A stretch of 63,933 bases of DNA, counting the filler, from Folioceros fuciformis (taxonomy: Eukaryota): assembly GCA_049999805.1 (NCBI GenBank). It is 11 parts of 11 records of this genome, joined end to end, with 100 filler letters (N's around TTAATTAATTAA, not from the genome) between each part and the next. Parts side by side here need not be neighbours in the genome. Positions count along the whole stretch, not along the records: positions 23,585 to 29,116 come from JBNGIO010003012.1; positions 29,217 to 35,958 come from JBNGIO010003013.1; positions 36,059 to 39,002 come from JBNGIO010003014.1; 8 more parts are not named here. One strand, 5' to 3'. Made by a program: the position numbers and the translations under genes. Each line of letters opens with the position of its first letter. Positions within the stretch are counted from its first letter, which is position 1. The notes beneath the pieces are model-generated. The model had not been told where the DNA came from. It saw only the letters and a list, made by a program, of their open reading frames with translations, and made no database searches. Shown in pieces: positions 24,262 through 36,195 of the stretch.

Positions 24262-25204
24262 TCAGCGCCTTCCTTGCTTTAGGTCACGATACAACTTGAT
24301 GCACTCACGAAGCAAGTCATCTGAAATTGTGGCACCTTGAGCTTCGATTACGAGAGCCCAAACGTGTACTGCGTGGTTAACCTGTGGGCATACGACTAGT
24401 CTATCCCTCATTCCTGCCATATTAGTTGTTGGAGCAATGGCGGGGTCCAACCATTTGTCTTTATCATTCACAATCCTAGACAATGCACTTTTAGAAGGTG
24501 CTATTGAAAACTTATATGTTGTCCATCTAGTCAACTCCTTAAGTGTGCAAGAATGTTGGACATAATATTCGTAAACCTTTTTCTTTTGTTGCTTTGTTAG
24601 GGTAGCATGTTTGCACGGCGGCTTGGACAGCATTGTTCCTACACGTCAAAGAGAATGGGTAAGGAACATATACAAAATATTTCACAGCAAGACAACAACT
24701 TACAACACCATAACACAACTTACAACATCATAAGACAACTTGTACAATGAAACAATTTATGTACTAGGAATAATGCTTCTGATCACACAGCATAGTGTAC
24801 AAAACTTCTACATATATAGGCCCAATCATTACACAGCATAGTGTACAGAACTACTACATATATAGGCCCAATCTCGATGACTGTCTATGTTTTATGATAG
24901 GCCCAATCTCGATAACTGTCTATGTTTTATGATAGGCCCAATCTGGATGACTGTCTATGTTTTATGATAGGCCCAATCCGGATGACGGTCTATGTTTTAT
25001 GATAGGCCCAATCTGGATGACTATCTATGTTTTATGACATAATCTCAATAACTCATGATTTAATTTCTTTATTTTTTATTTTTTTCAAAATATATATTAA
25101 ACATTTGTGAAACATATTTTAAATTAGAGGGGTTTTCATTTAGGATGTAGCACATTCAAGGGAGGTCCCACTTAAAAGGGGTCCCAATTAAAGGGGTTTG
25201 ACAG
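24262..25204 (-). mobile_element. Truncated pogo/Tigger-like DNA transposon (CENP-B-type HTH pair, 5' TIR)
   Basis: ORF 24633-24262 TLTKQQKKKVYEY...PSKSALSRIV...CPQVNHAVHVW...GATISDDLLRE; minus-strand end TA|CTGTCAAACCCCTTTAATTGGGAC resembles a pogo TIR with TA target; no DDE domain present. Confidence 0.72.
24862..25036. repeat. 35-bp minisatellite x5
   Basis: ataggcccaatctcgatgactgtctatgttttatg starting at 24862, 24897, 24932, 24967 and 25002. Confidence 0.92.
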
Positions 25205-25269
25205 TATGTTGTGCTTTTATCCGTTGGACCCTAAACCCTAAACCCCACATAACATGCAGTTTGGAGGCT

Positions 25270-26181
25270 GATGATCAGAACGAGGCCTCACACATCGACG
25301 CACTCCCCGTCGTTCATCTTCACCTGCAAATCACTAACTTCGTCCTGCACCAGGACTGCCCCAGAATCCTTGTGCCTACGCATACCAATGGCGAGATCAG
25401 ACGCTAGGCACTTGAGTAATGATCTAGCCGCGTGTAAGCAGCATAATTCACATAGAAGCCATGATACTTCCGGGAGGCAGACCAAGACTAAAAGCCAGGA
25501 GTGCCAAGAAGCTCGAATGCCAGGGCCTCTATAGACAGCCACCGGTTCTCATACGCCGTTCTGGCACTATCCGGTTGCTCTGTCCAACAGTTCGAGGATA
25601 CACTCGTGGGCGCGGCATCCCCTCACCCTCCAGAAGAATGTAAGGCAGCAACATACTTCACCATGCTGTGTGATCAAACCACCACCACCGTAGACCAACA
25701 CGTTTTTGGTACGCTGTTTACCGTATACAACCCATGTGGTTATCGAAGCTTCTCCGCACCCTTTGCTTGATCTCCAAAAAAATCTGGATACAGAAAGCCT
25801 GTGAAAAGCGCTTGATGCCGAACCCAAGCTCCTCCGGCACGCCATGGTTGATCACCTGGATGAAGCCCCGCTCTTCGCAGGCCCTCCACACCTCAGCAAA
25901 TATCTGCTGAGGTAATTGATCCTCAATCCTCCCGAAGTCCTTGCCATCTTCCGAGCTCACACTAGAGAAATGCGCCACACCTAGGACCGGAAGATCATTC
26001 TGGACGGACGAATCACCCTGGGTCGGTGCTCCGGGTCCACCGGAAAGGCTGAACCTATGCTGAGGCGTTCGAGAGCCGCTTCCAATGGCTTCCCCTTGCC
26101 CACTGCGGCTCCATTCACCGGCAATGCCTCCGACGGCTGGAGCAGAAACGATCGGCCGCATTCATCGGGACGGCTACCCAT
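25270..26181 (-). pseudogene. 2-oxoglutarate/Fe(II)-dependent dioxygenase (DOXC class) pseudogene
   Basis: AFPVDPEHRP, NDLPVL, RACEERGFIQVINHGVP, RTKNV and RHKDSG...QDEVSDLQVK spread over several frames with frameshifts; C-terminal His/RxS part absent. Confidence 0.85.
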
Positions 26182-26272
26182 CTACATTTTGTGAACGAAT
26201 CATTTCCACCGTGCATTGCAGGTCATGACTAACTTCCGCCGTTGTGTGCCAACAAGAAATTCGGTTCAAAGA

Positions 26273-27601
26273 TCAAATCCAGTCTCTCTCTTGCAATTTC
26301 ATGGGCAAATAAACCTCCGACAAATATTGAAAACCGAAGGAACTCAACGCCTGAATCTCAGCCTTCTCCTTTGTCTTCACCATGAGTTCCAGCTCCCTCA
26401 CCCAGTTGGGATCCTTCTTTATGAAATCCTCCTCGAGCAAATCCCTGCCCGTCTTCAAATCTTGATCAGTCATTGGCAACCTACACTGCTCCGGAATCTT
26501 GTACTTGTCCAAGTCCGAGGGACGGACTCCTAACCACTTGATATCTGGGGTAGTGAGGTTCGAGCTATCATACGACATGTTCTTGGAACCACTCATGTAG
26601 ACCGAAAGGATCTTGAGACCATAGGGGTCGCTATCCACCAACCCTAGGACAGGCAGCTTCAATTCCGTCTTCAGCTTCTTCAAGAAGAGCCTGGTAGCGA
26701 CATCAGGCTGTCCCTTGGCAGTGATTATGACACAAGGAAAGCGGTTATAAAATCTATCCTCCGCCAGCCTCATGAACGCAGCATCCTTCTCCACCAGCAA
26801 TATGAATAAAGCGTCGCTTTGCATGTCCCCGACCTTGTCTATGTTCGGTGGAATAGCTTTGCCTCCAACTCCCATCTTGGTGCAATCAATGGTATCCCCA
26901 TCCTCCACAAATATGAGCTTCCCTACAACCACTCCCTTCTCCGAGGCCACCACATTCAGACTCGACCTCGTGCATCCTAGCATGCACGAAACGTCATCCA
27001 GAACACTGTCCGACTGCCCTTGCTCCTGGAACAGCTTCACATCCGTATAGAACAGGTCACGCTTCGTCACATGGATCCGCTTCGTGCACAGCTGGTGCAC
27101 AAGCTGCAGAATACGGGTCGTAATGGTAGTCCTCCTAACAGTCGAAATGTTGGCAAACTGGCGGAAGGATGACTTGTCCTTGAGCACAATCCGGTCCAGC
27201 TCGGGCACGTAAAGCTGATTCGCCCCGCTTCTGGCTGGCACGCTGAACCCGAAGCCCTTGCCATGAATGATGGACTTGGCTACAGCAAGAAACTGCTTTT
27301 CGATTTCATGCACCACATTCTCATGGCTCAGATCCACCACCTCTCTGCAGGTGTGGGACAGATTAAGATCTGCTAGAGAACGGGTGTCTGCCTTGGCACT
27401 CTTCACTGTCTGAGCCAAGGACTTGAGAGAATTGAGGATGTAATTGTCCCCTTTCAATTTGTTCCGGAACCCAAGAGAGTCCTGACCCTGGGCCTTGGGT
27501 GCCACCTTGTCCCTCGCTGCCTTCTTCCTAGGTTGCGATGGCTGTTCCTCAAGCTCGTAGTCGCTGTCGTCATCCGTTGCCCGCTTCCGCTTGGAAGCCA
27601 T
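26273..27601 (-). CDS. TOP6A: DNA topoisomerase VI subunit A (SPO11-3/RHL2/BIN5), intronless, 442 aa
   Basis: [16 protein letters not shown], catalytic Tyr in [15 protein letters not shown] motifs VEKDA and DSDPYG, KAEIQAL. Confidence 0.97.
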   Translation of the reverse strand: MASKRKRATDDDSDYELEEQPSQPRKKAARDKVAPKAQGQDSLGFRNKLKGDNYILNSLKSLAQTVKSAKADTRSLADLNLSHTCREVVDLSHENVVHEIEKQFLAVAKSIIHGKGFGFSVPARSGANQLYVPELDRIVLKDKSSFRQFANISTVRRTTITTRILQLVHQLCTKRIHVTKRDLFYTDVKLFQEQGQSDSVLDDVSCMLGCTRSSLNVVASEKGVVVGKLIFVEDGDTIDCTKMGVGGKAIPPNIDKVGDMQSDALFILLVEKDAAFMRLAEDRFYNRFPCVIITAKGQPDVATRLFLKKLKTELKLPVLGLVDSDPYGLKILSVYMSGSKNMSYDSSNLTTPDIKWLGVRPSDLDKYKIPEQCRLPMTDQDLKTGRDLLEEDFIKKDPNWVRELELMVKTKEKAEIQALSSFGFQYLSEVYLPMKLQERDWI

Positions 27602-27828
27602 AGTTCCAAGAGACCACAAACAGTGGCTTCAAACGGACTTGGCACAGTCACTAAATGCATGCCCAGATGCTAGGGTTAGGATTATAAGGTCCGTACACGT
27701 GCTATGCTTTTTCCTTCCGTAGCGACGGGAGAAATTGCTGCCTCAGCGCGCCACCTTTAAAGCTGTCGCGAAGACCGGAGCCCCCCTGCCTTGAAGACCG
27801 TCAGCTTGTTTGCCACAGAGAGAGCAAG
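27602..27828. promoter_or_regulatory. Bidirectional promoter region TOP6A/RPS15A with telo-box-like motif
   Basis: 227 bp between divergent ATGs; TAGGGTTA at 27671-27678 followed by TATAA. Confidence 0.55.
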
Positions 27829-28523
<695 letters not shown>

Positions 28524-29116
28524 CACGGCCCTGCATCCAGGACCAGCGGAGGATTTTGTTCTCGTCTGAGCCCGCTGAGGGCGAAGCGATTGAGAGAGCG
28601 GCTACTGTGCAAGCTGCGCTTTAGGTCATTAGTGTCATTAATTATGAAGTGAAAGCCGGTTTTCCTTTTTTTCCACGAGCTTCATTGTTGACAACCCCGC
28701 TATTCTCTTGATACTGATGGGTGTGTGCATGCTTGTCCGTGAGACGGACTGTCTCTGGTTGAATGGAACAGGGAGCGCATGAGAAATGGGAACTTACAAT
28801 TATATTTCTTATTTTATATTTCTATTCAAATTTTATTTAAAATAAAATTAAAAGTTTACTGTATTTTTATTTTAATATTTTAATCTATAAGAAATATTAG
28901 AATTAGTTACTAATCAATGACAGATAGCTAATCTAGCATTCACATTTTCATGTAGTCACCAACAACTTTCTTCTCTTTGTTTTCTTTCCAACGTCCAAGA
29001 ACAGTTGGTCGCTAGTCTCATTTGTCCTGTTTTATCATACAAGTAAAACAATCACAAGAATATTATTAATAGCATTTTATAAATTGCAGCGAAGGGATAA
29101 TAAACTACAATGTACC

Positions 29117-29216
29117 NNNNNNNNNNNNNNNNNNNNNNNNNNNNNNNNNNNNNNNNNNNNTTAATTAATTAANNNNNNNNNNNNNNNNNNNNNNNNNNNN
29201 NNNNNNNNNNNNNNNN
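29117..29216. other. Artificial contig spacer
   Basis: N44-TTAATTAATTAA-N44. Confidence 0.98.
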
Positions 29217-32190
29217 AAGTTTAGTCGATAGTATTTTGTCTTGCTCTCTCCGCAAAATACACAGTTCTAATCCCGAGTCGGCCACGAGGGGAGGTGTCTC
29301 TATTACGATCCATTCAAAGCAAGCACGAAATGTTTTGGAGATAGGGCAAGACGAATTGGGGAGATTTTTTTGGGTGGTATTGCAGACTACTCAAGGCCCC
29401 TTGGGCATCCGCAACATCTATGCTCCTAATGAGGGTTCGGAGAGGAGTCTCTTATGGGGACGATTAGCTGAACATCTGAATGATCAAGTACCATGGATGT
29501 TGGTGGGAGACTTCAATTTTGTGGAAAGGCGTGAGGACATACAAGGGAACAGCGAGGTGGACATTCGGAGGGTGCCCTTATCGCGGCAAGAACTAAGGGA
29601 TACTTGTTTGAATGTACAAGATCCTTGGCTGGCCCTGCCGACACACCGTCAGCAGGACTCTCTCAAATTCAGTTGGCCCAATCAGCAGCTGGCGTCTTAT
29701 GGGGCTCAAAGATTGGATAGATTCTATATCCCAATTGGGTGGCTGCCGCTTGTGCAGGAGTATAGTATTTTGGCTGGTACAGTACTATCAGATCACCACC
29801 CAATCAGCTTGACCTTGCAGCTATCCCCCGAAGACCTCCGGCACGAAAGGGATAAGAGAGGTTTTCGGATGAATACGTCTCTTCTAGCAAAAGAAGGGGT
29901 GTATGAACGCATACAGGAGCTATGGTAAGGAATAGAGCAAGAAGAGGAGTTGGCGGTGCAAAGGCTTATGTGTGCGAACACCAAAGCCACCACCTTCTTG
30001 AGGAGGCTGGGCGCAAAGCAAGAAAGACAAAGCCCGGACAAAGGATTTTCTTCGAATGAATTGGGATATGTACGACGAGTAGAAGAAGTGAGAGCACTCA
30101 CTGGGGAGGAGGAAGGTTGGCTTCGGAAAATTCAATCTGACCTTGCAAAGCTTGAAGAGAACAGGGCTAGGGGATGGTACAAACAGGCCAAAGTGAAATG
30201 GGTGCAAGAAGAAGACTGCCCCTCTAAGTTCTTCTTCGACAAGGTGGCAGCGAATCGGCATAAGACAGGAATTCCCGCTCTCCCTGATGCCCAGGGCATC
30301 AGGCAAGACTTCCTCAATGGTTTGAAAAAACTGATTACCTGCTTTTATGTTGGGATTTTTGCAAGTCTCGGGAAGTTGACAGGTTGGGAGGATCTTTGGA
30401 GCTCATCCTATGGGTAGTTTTCTGCTAAAGTGACAGAGGCGCAACGCAGTGTTCTCGACAAGCCTATCACAGCGGTTGAGGTGGCTCAAGTGCTGAAGGA
30501 GATGCCGAGGAACAAATCCCTAGCGTACGATGAAATTCCCCCCGAATTTCTGGCTTGGGGTTGGGAATTTATGAGTCCGCTCTTCATGGAGGCAGTCAAC
30601 ATGATATGGGAGGAAGGTAGTTTGGGCCCATGGTTTAATCTGGGCCTTATCTCCCTTTTACCCAAACAGGATGCTAGTCTGTCCATTGCTAATTGGCGAC
30701 CTATCACCCTGCTTACCACGACTTACAAAGTGATTGCTAAAGTTTTAGCAAACAGGCTCAAGCCCTTTCTAGACGAGTGGTTGGAGGTGGAGCGACGGGA
30801 TTTCATGCAGAACAAGTGTATTCTAGATAACCTGCTGCTTTTGTGTGAGGCTAAGTATAACGCTCTGTCTCATCACTAACCAACAGTGTTCATTTCCTTA
30901 GATTTCTATAAGGCTTATGATACTATCAAATGGCACTTCCTCTGGAGATGTATGCGAAGCTTTGGGTTTGGTAACAACTTCTATAGGTGGATTGCAATTC
31001 TCTGTGAGGGTGCAGGCGCAATGGTCTTGTCAACGGCTCCTTTACCGATAGGTTTGATATTACGCGTTCAGTACGCCAAGGATGCCCACTGGCTCCGTTC
31101 CTGTTCATCATTGTCACTGACTTTCTCTTGTGAGCAGTCAAGCAAGACCCAAGGATAGAAGGCATTCAGAATCCCGATGGCTCGCAGCTACGTATCTCAG
31201 CATTTGCTGATGACACCATGCTATTCTCATCGGCAGATACAACTTCCTTAATGGCCCTGCTCTCTCAGGTAGAGATCTTTGGGCAGCTATCAGGATGCAA
31301 AGTGAATTGGAGTAAGACTAGGATGATGTGCATTAACATGCAAGGGGAGCCGCCTGCATGCATCAGGCACATAGTGCGGGTCCACCCCTGCTCGTAACAC
31401 AAGTACCAGGGCCTGCCATTCCAGGAAGAGGATGAGAATGCGGAGATTGGTAAATTTGTTTGCCTTCGGTTCATCTGGAAGGCAACCAGCTTACATCTTT
31501 TGGACCTTAGTCTAGTAGGCAGAATTGTGGTCATTAACCATATTTTGACCGCTTCCCTGTGGTATTACCTATTCTTGTGGGCTCCTAGTAAGGTGGATTT
31601 AAGGAGATTGCAATAGGTTTTTTCTAACTTCTTATGGAGCAAATCTAAGGAATTGCTCTCTTCTTTTTATAAGGTGGTGTGGCAACATACTATTCAGTGC
31701 AAGCACTTGGGTGGGTTGGGGTTGGTTGACCCCACGAGCAAAATGAAGATCCTACATGCGCAATGGGTTCTGAAGGCCGCTAGCCCAATGGGATACCCTT
31801 GGAAAAGTTGGTTAACCCAACACTTACAGCAAACTCAAGCAGTTGCCTGGGGGCGGAGGTCTCTAGACAACATACTCGCAGATAGGCCCTTATTGGACAC
31901 TAGGGACTGCTCCCCTCTCTTTGCCTCAATCTGGAGCAGCTTCTTGAAGGTGAAAACCTTTCTTATCTTAGCCAAGCCTAGGAATAGGGATGATGTGCTG
32001 GGCCTTCCTCTCCAAGGCTTTAGGGGGCCGTGGTCACAGGACTTTCTGTCCCGGGAATCCCGGTCCTAGATCTTTGGTTCCGCTAGTAGAAGAAGCATTG
32101 TACAACTCGAGCACTTGTGGAAGCGAAGAGAGGATGGTTGGAAAACAGCGGACAAGACGCGAGAAGAGTTTGGGGTTTCTTTTCGACATG
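29217..32190 (+). mobile_element. Degenerate LINE (L1/Tx1-like) ORF2: APE endonuclease and RT
   Basis: NIYAPN, VGDFN, RLDRFY, SDHHPI; NWRPITLLTTTYKVIAKVLANRL, LDFYKAYD, RQGCPLAP, FADD, GGLGL; multiple stops and frameshifts. Confidence 0.93.
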
Positions 32191-32747
32191 TGAGACTAAT
32201 AACAATGTCTAACCCAGACGGGCGTATTCCGCCATTTTGGGCTTCGCGAGATTTTGATGCTAAAAACCCGTGTCAGATTTCAGCATTTTCCTGTGTTTTT
32301 GTCAAGAGAACCCGAAATGTGGCCTAAAAGAGTGTTCAATATAAACTTAATCATCAATTGTTTCCAAAGTGCTAGCAAATTTGCGGTGTCATTGCAATCA
32401 AATACATGACAAAACCTCGTAATATGGCGGGTATCATGTAATTCACATGTTATCGGATTCCATGTAAAGTCGTAGGTGTTTGAGCGATACCTCATATCAG
32501 GTGACCCTATTCCTCAAAATTATCACCTGTCGATATCTATCTGCATTTTTCAGAAACGGTGGCGAAGTAGAACACCATTGACCCGGCGCGGAAGAAGCGG
32601 GAGTGCGCCGGTAGATCGGCGCACTCTTTAGTAAAGTGCGCCGGTTGACTGGCGCACACTGCCAAAGGCACATGTATGTCAAGTGGAAAACGAAACTTGA
32701 CTGGCGCTACATACAATAATTATCATACCAGTTTGTACTTAACAATT

Positions 32748-33578
32748 TTATCTAAACGTCTTACAAGTTTCATTATTTTCAGGCGGCAGTGTATCCTGGT
32801 CACGATTGAGGACATATAGGTTTCTGAGAATAAGAGTCCTCGTTCGGGAGGGTAGTTGTGTTTGGCGTGTCAAGTCAAATCCATATGCTAGAATAAAAGT
32901 GTCTTCAATGAATAATGTATCTATATGCTTCCGAAGTCTTCTGCTTGACCTGTGTCTGCGACCACCACGTAACCCTCTTGGCGGAGCTTCATGTGGTAAA
33001 ATCATCTCTTCTTGGTAACGACCCTCAAAAGCATCTGAACATTCTATATATATGTACATTGATATGTATATATATTCTGTCCTGCTCATCTTCAGAAAAC
33101 GATAGCGCAACTCTCTAAATCTTGGTTTACCAAGCAGTCTTAGACATTGTCTCGCACAACATATCTTTCTATAATCAACGGAAATGCGAAGCTCTAAACA
33201 CTTAGCCTGTGGTATTGTTGAAGGTCTCTTCCTCTGACATCGTCGATGATCTAAGGGTGTTTCGATCATTGACTCCGACGCTGGCTTCCAATTAAAGGTT
33301 GACCGCTGGCTAGGTGTATGTCTTGAGTCCGAACACTCTTGACTGTAACGCCCTTCTTCATTCGCATTCATGGAATTGTTCACTTCCTGCATATGTGTTC
33401 CAGTACCTAGGCCCCAACCTTCTATGCCACTCCCTCCCAAGAACCTACGGACATCGGCGTTTCCCCGTAGAGGTGTAGTCTTCATTACTGCGCCCACAAA
33501 TGAATGTCGCGGAGATGACGGGCTTAGAGAACTATGACCTTTGTCCAAAAGACTCAGACGGATTGGCGACGACCTCAA
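32748..33578 (-). other. Unclassified ORF with CCxxxC motif, possibly a DNA-transposon (Sola-like) N-terminal relic
   Basis: ICCARQCLRLLGKPRFRELRYRFLKMS...FILAYG pattern; no catalytic domain visible. Confidence 0.3.
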
Positions 33579-33899
33579 CTCCTCAAACTGATGTCTGGAA
33601 GGATGGTCTCCTGAGTATAAGAATCATCCACGGATTAGTAAAATAGAAGCAAATCATAGTCATGTGAATCCATGATCACAAAGCATCGTCCTCTCTTCCA
33701 AACCTTCGTCACTACTATCTTCACATAATTTCTCCATACCGCGACACGATGCTGAAGGTTTGTTTACCATGGAAGCATGAAAGAACAAAGTGTGTGTATA
33801 CCCTTCGGCTTGGCTGTCTTTGAAATGTGGAGCATTGTAACAATGCCCCTACACCAAGTCCCGAAGCGCGGGTGTTTAATGCAATGTGAACGTTAGACC

Positions 33900-34036
33900 A
33901 AAAATAGAACTAGCTGTTCAGCGAGAATCGACGCTTGAAACGACCATCATCACGCTAATTCGATTTGAACGTTTGAGTCAAAATAGATCTAACTGTTCTG
34001 CGAGAATCGTTGACTGATATGACCTGCATCACGCTA
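33900..34036. repeat. Imperfect direct repeat (~79-bp period)
   Basis: aaaataga.cta.ctgttc.gcgagaatcg...catcacgcta occurs twice, between divergent ORF clusters. Confidence 0.7.
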
Positions 34037-34581
34037 TAAATGCATTGGCGGTCAGAAATAGTGGATATTCGGTTTCAGCTAAACAGTTCGTTTTCGAATT
34101 CTTTCTTGTACAAATCCGGTGCATGGGCACCTCTTCTACAACTGCTTCCGTCTCCAGAAAGGACTACGTGCTGTGCGACTCTTCCCTTGTTGGGTGCACA
34201 CCAATGGTATCTGGTTGTCGTAGCAACAAACTTCAGCTTGTGGACAGGGATGTTGAGGCGCTTCCACGAGTACGAAAGCAAAGGAACGCCGGGAAAGCAA
34301 CTGCGCGAGCGTCGTCTGGTCACAACACCGACAAAGATGGACACCGACCTACACCACCCGCTGGCGAAGAGGCTACTCCCATTGCCCAGACCGCCGGAGG
34401 AAGAAAGGATAACTCGGGTGGGAGCGTGAGAGCGTCCAATTCAAAAGCAAGCGGAGGACCTCTAAACCACATTCTACTGAATGTGAATCATGGAGGCAGT
34501 ACAAAAGGCAGTCAGAATTACAACATTCCGAATGCCTACAACTTTGTAGAGTGATTGAGAGTGAAGAAGTTAGAAGACACT

Positions 34582-35958
34582 ATGGCCAAAAGATTCAACA
34601 CTGATAAGGAATGGTTTTTGATAGCTGAAGATGAGCCTGATGACTTGAACTTGCCGTGGATTCCTCTTGTTGCTTTGTGGGTGAATGGGTTTCAAGGTTT
34701 GGCGGAGGACGAAGCAGGAAGGGTAGGATGGATTCTTTATGCATCTGTGGACAGTGAAGACGACAAAACTCACTTGAATTTCATCCTCACCCAACACCCA
34801 CCAAGCCACATTACGGATGACTACGACAGTCACAGTTTAGTGGTTGTGAATGTTGCGAAAGCCATACCTCGTCGATGCGAACCACTATGGATGAAAAACG
34901 AGCTCAGAGATTGTCTTTTATTGAAGGATGTAAGTGGTCTTATCAGCTTAAAAGGTTAAAATGTCATTACCAAGAATTATCCTAAACCCTAACTTTTGTG
35001 TTTGTTTTTTTGCTAATTAGGGTGGAGAATAGTTTTGTCGAACAGTTTTGCGCTGTGTAGGAGACGCGGTGCTGAAAAACACGGCCCTTGTGGTGCGGCT
35101 TGCGGGGGAGCGGCAGCGAAAGTCTGTGCAAGCAGAATTTGGAGTCCTTAACACTCGTGCAGTAGGATTTGTGAAAGACAAGCAGAAGATGCCTCGTATA
35201 CAACCTAAGATTTCGGAAGAAGAGGCACCCTACGTTCCAGAACATAGCGAAGAGAAGGAAGTCAAGGCGATGGCTCAATACTCCTTAGCTGAAGACAATT
35301 TGAATGATGCTCTGGAGACGCCCCGCAATTCCTGCAAGGGTGATGCATCTGAGGAGTCTCCTGTGGAGATCACTCCACCGCGGAAGAGGGTGACCCAGGG
35401 GCGCCGGTCTACTAACGCACCAGGGCAGCGAAAGAGGAAAGCATCAGCATCTCGTGCGGAACAGTGGAAGATGACATCCGGTGAGGCTGTTGTGTGCAAG
35501 CTGAGCATTTTGCTTTGGATTTGTTTTTGGCTTCCTGGATTCTGTTGCTAAAACACTAACCACTGACCCCGATGTTACTCCTCCTGTATGTCTCCATAGC
35601 CACATTTCTGCAGCCGAAACGGTGAAAAGCAGCAGGCACTGCAACAAGAGGGCAAGCAGCGAAGCAGAAGAGACGGAAGGGCGGCGGAGTGCAGCAAGTG
35701 CAGCCAGAGCCAACCCGGGAAGTGGAAACAGACACAGAGAGGTTTAAGAGGTTAGCGCAAGATGAGGACTACCTGAATGGCATAAGGAAGAAGACCCATG
35801 CCAAGAGGATAAGGTCCACAACGTTTGATCTACATGTGGATATTTTGCATCCTGCGTCTTTTATCACCTCTGACGCACAGATAAGGGAGGTAGACGAAGC
35901 TAGGATGAAAAGATTAGTGAGACAGATGCAGGCTGGGTCTGTTAAGGAAGGGATCTTG
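34582..35958 (+). other. Putative spliced gene of unknown function (3' truncated by spacer)
   Basis: Three exon-like open frames separated by intron-like segments (gtaagt at 34930, gtgagg at 35481); last frame contains QIREVDEARMKRLVRQM. Exact splice phases not resolved. Confidence 0.35.
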
Positions 35959-36058
35959 NNNNNNNNNNNNNNNNNNNNNNNNNNNNNNNNNNNNNNNNNN
36001 NNTTAATTAATTAANNNNNNNNNNNNNNNNNNNNNNNNNNNNNNNNNNNNNNNNNNNN
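35959..36058. other. Artificial contig spacer
   Basis: N44-TTAATTAATTAA-N44. Confidence 0.98.
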
Positions 36059-36195
36059 TGCATACCTGCCTTCGACTGAAGTCGATCTCTATGCTAGCCT
36101 ACACGAGCACCTTTGCGTCCTGTTTGCAAGAGAGCCAACACACCTGCAGCCAAGCGCGTCCTTAGTACATCAGCATACATATTAAAAGTCCCAAG

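Noticed and set aside
24862-25036. 35-bp repeats as a CRISPR array
   Set aside because: Head-to-tail units without unique spacers, eukaryotic context, no cas genes.
26273-27601. Intronless TOP6A as archaeal HGT or as meiotic SPO11
   Set aside because: The sequence matches the plant SPO11-3 clade, which is known to be intron-poor; meiotic SPO11-1/2 are intron-rich and differ in sequence.
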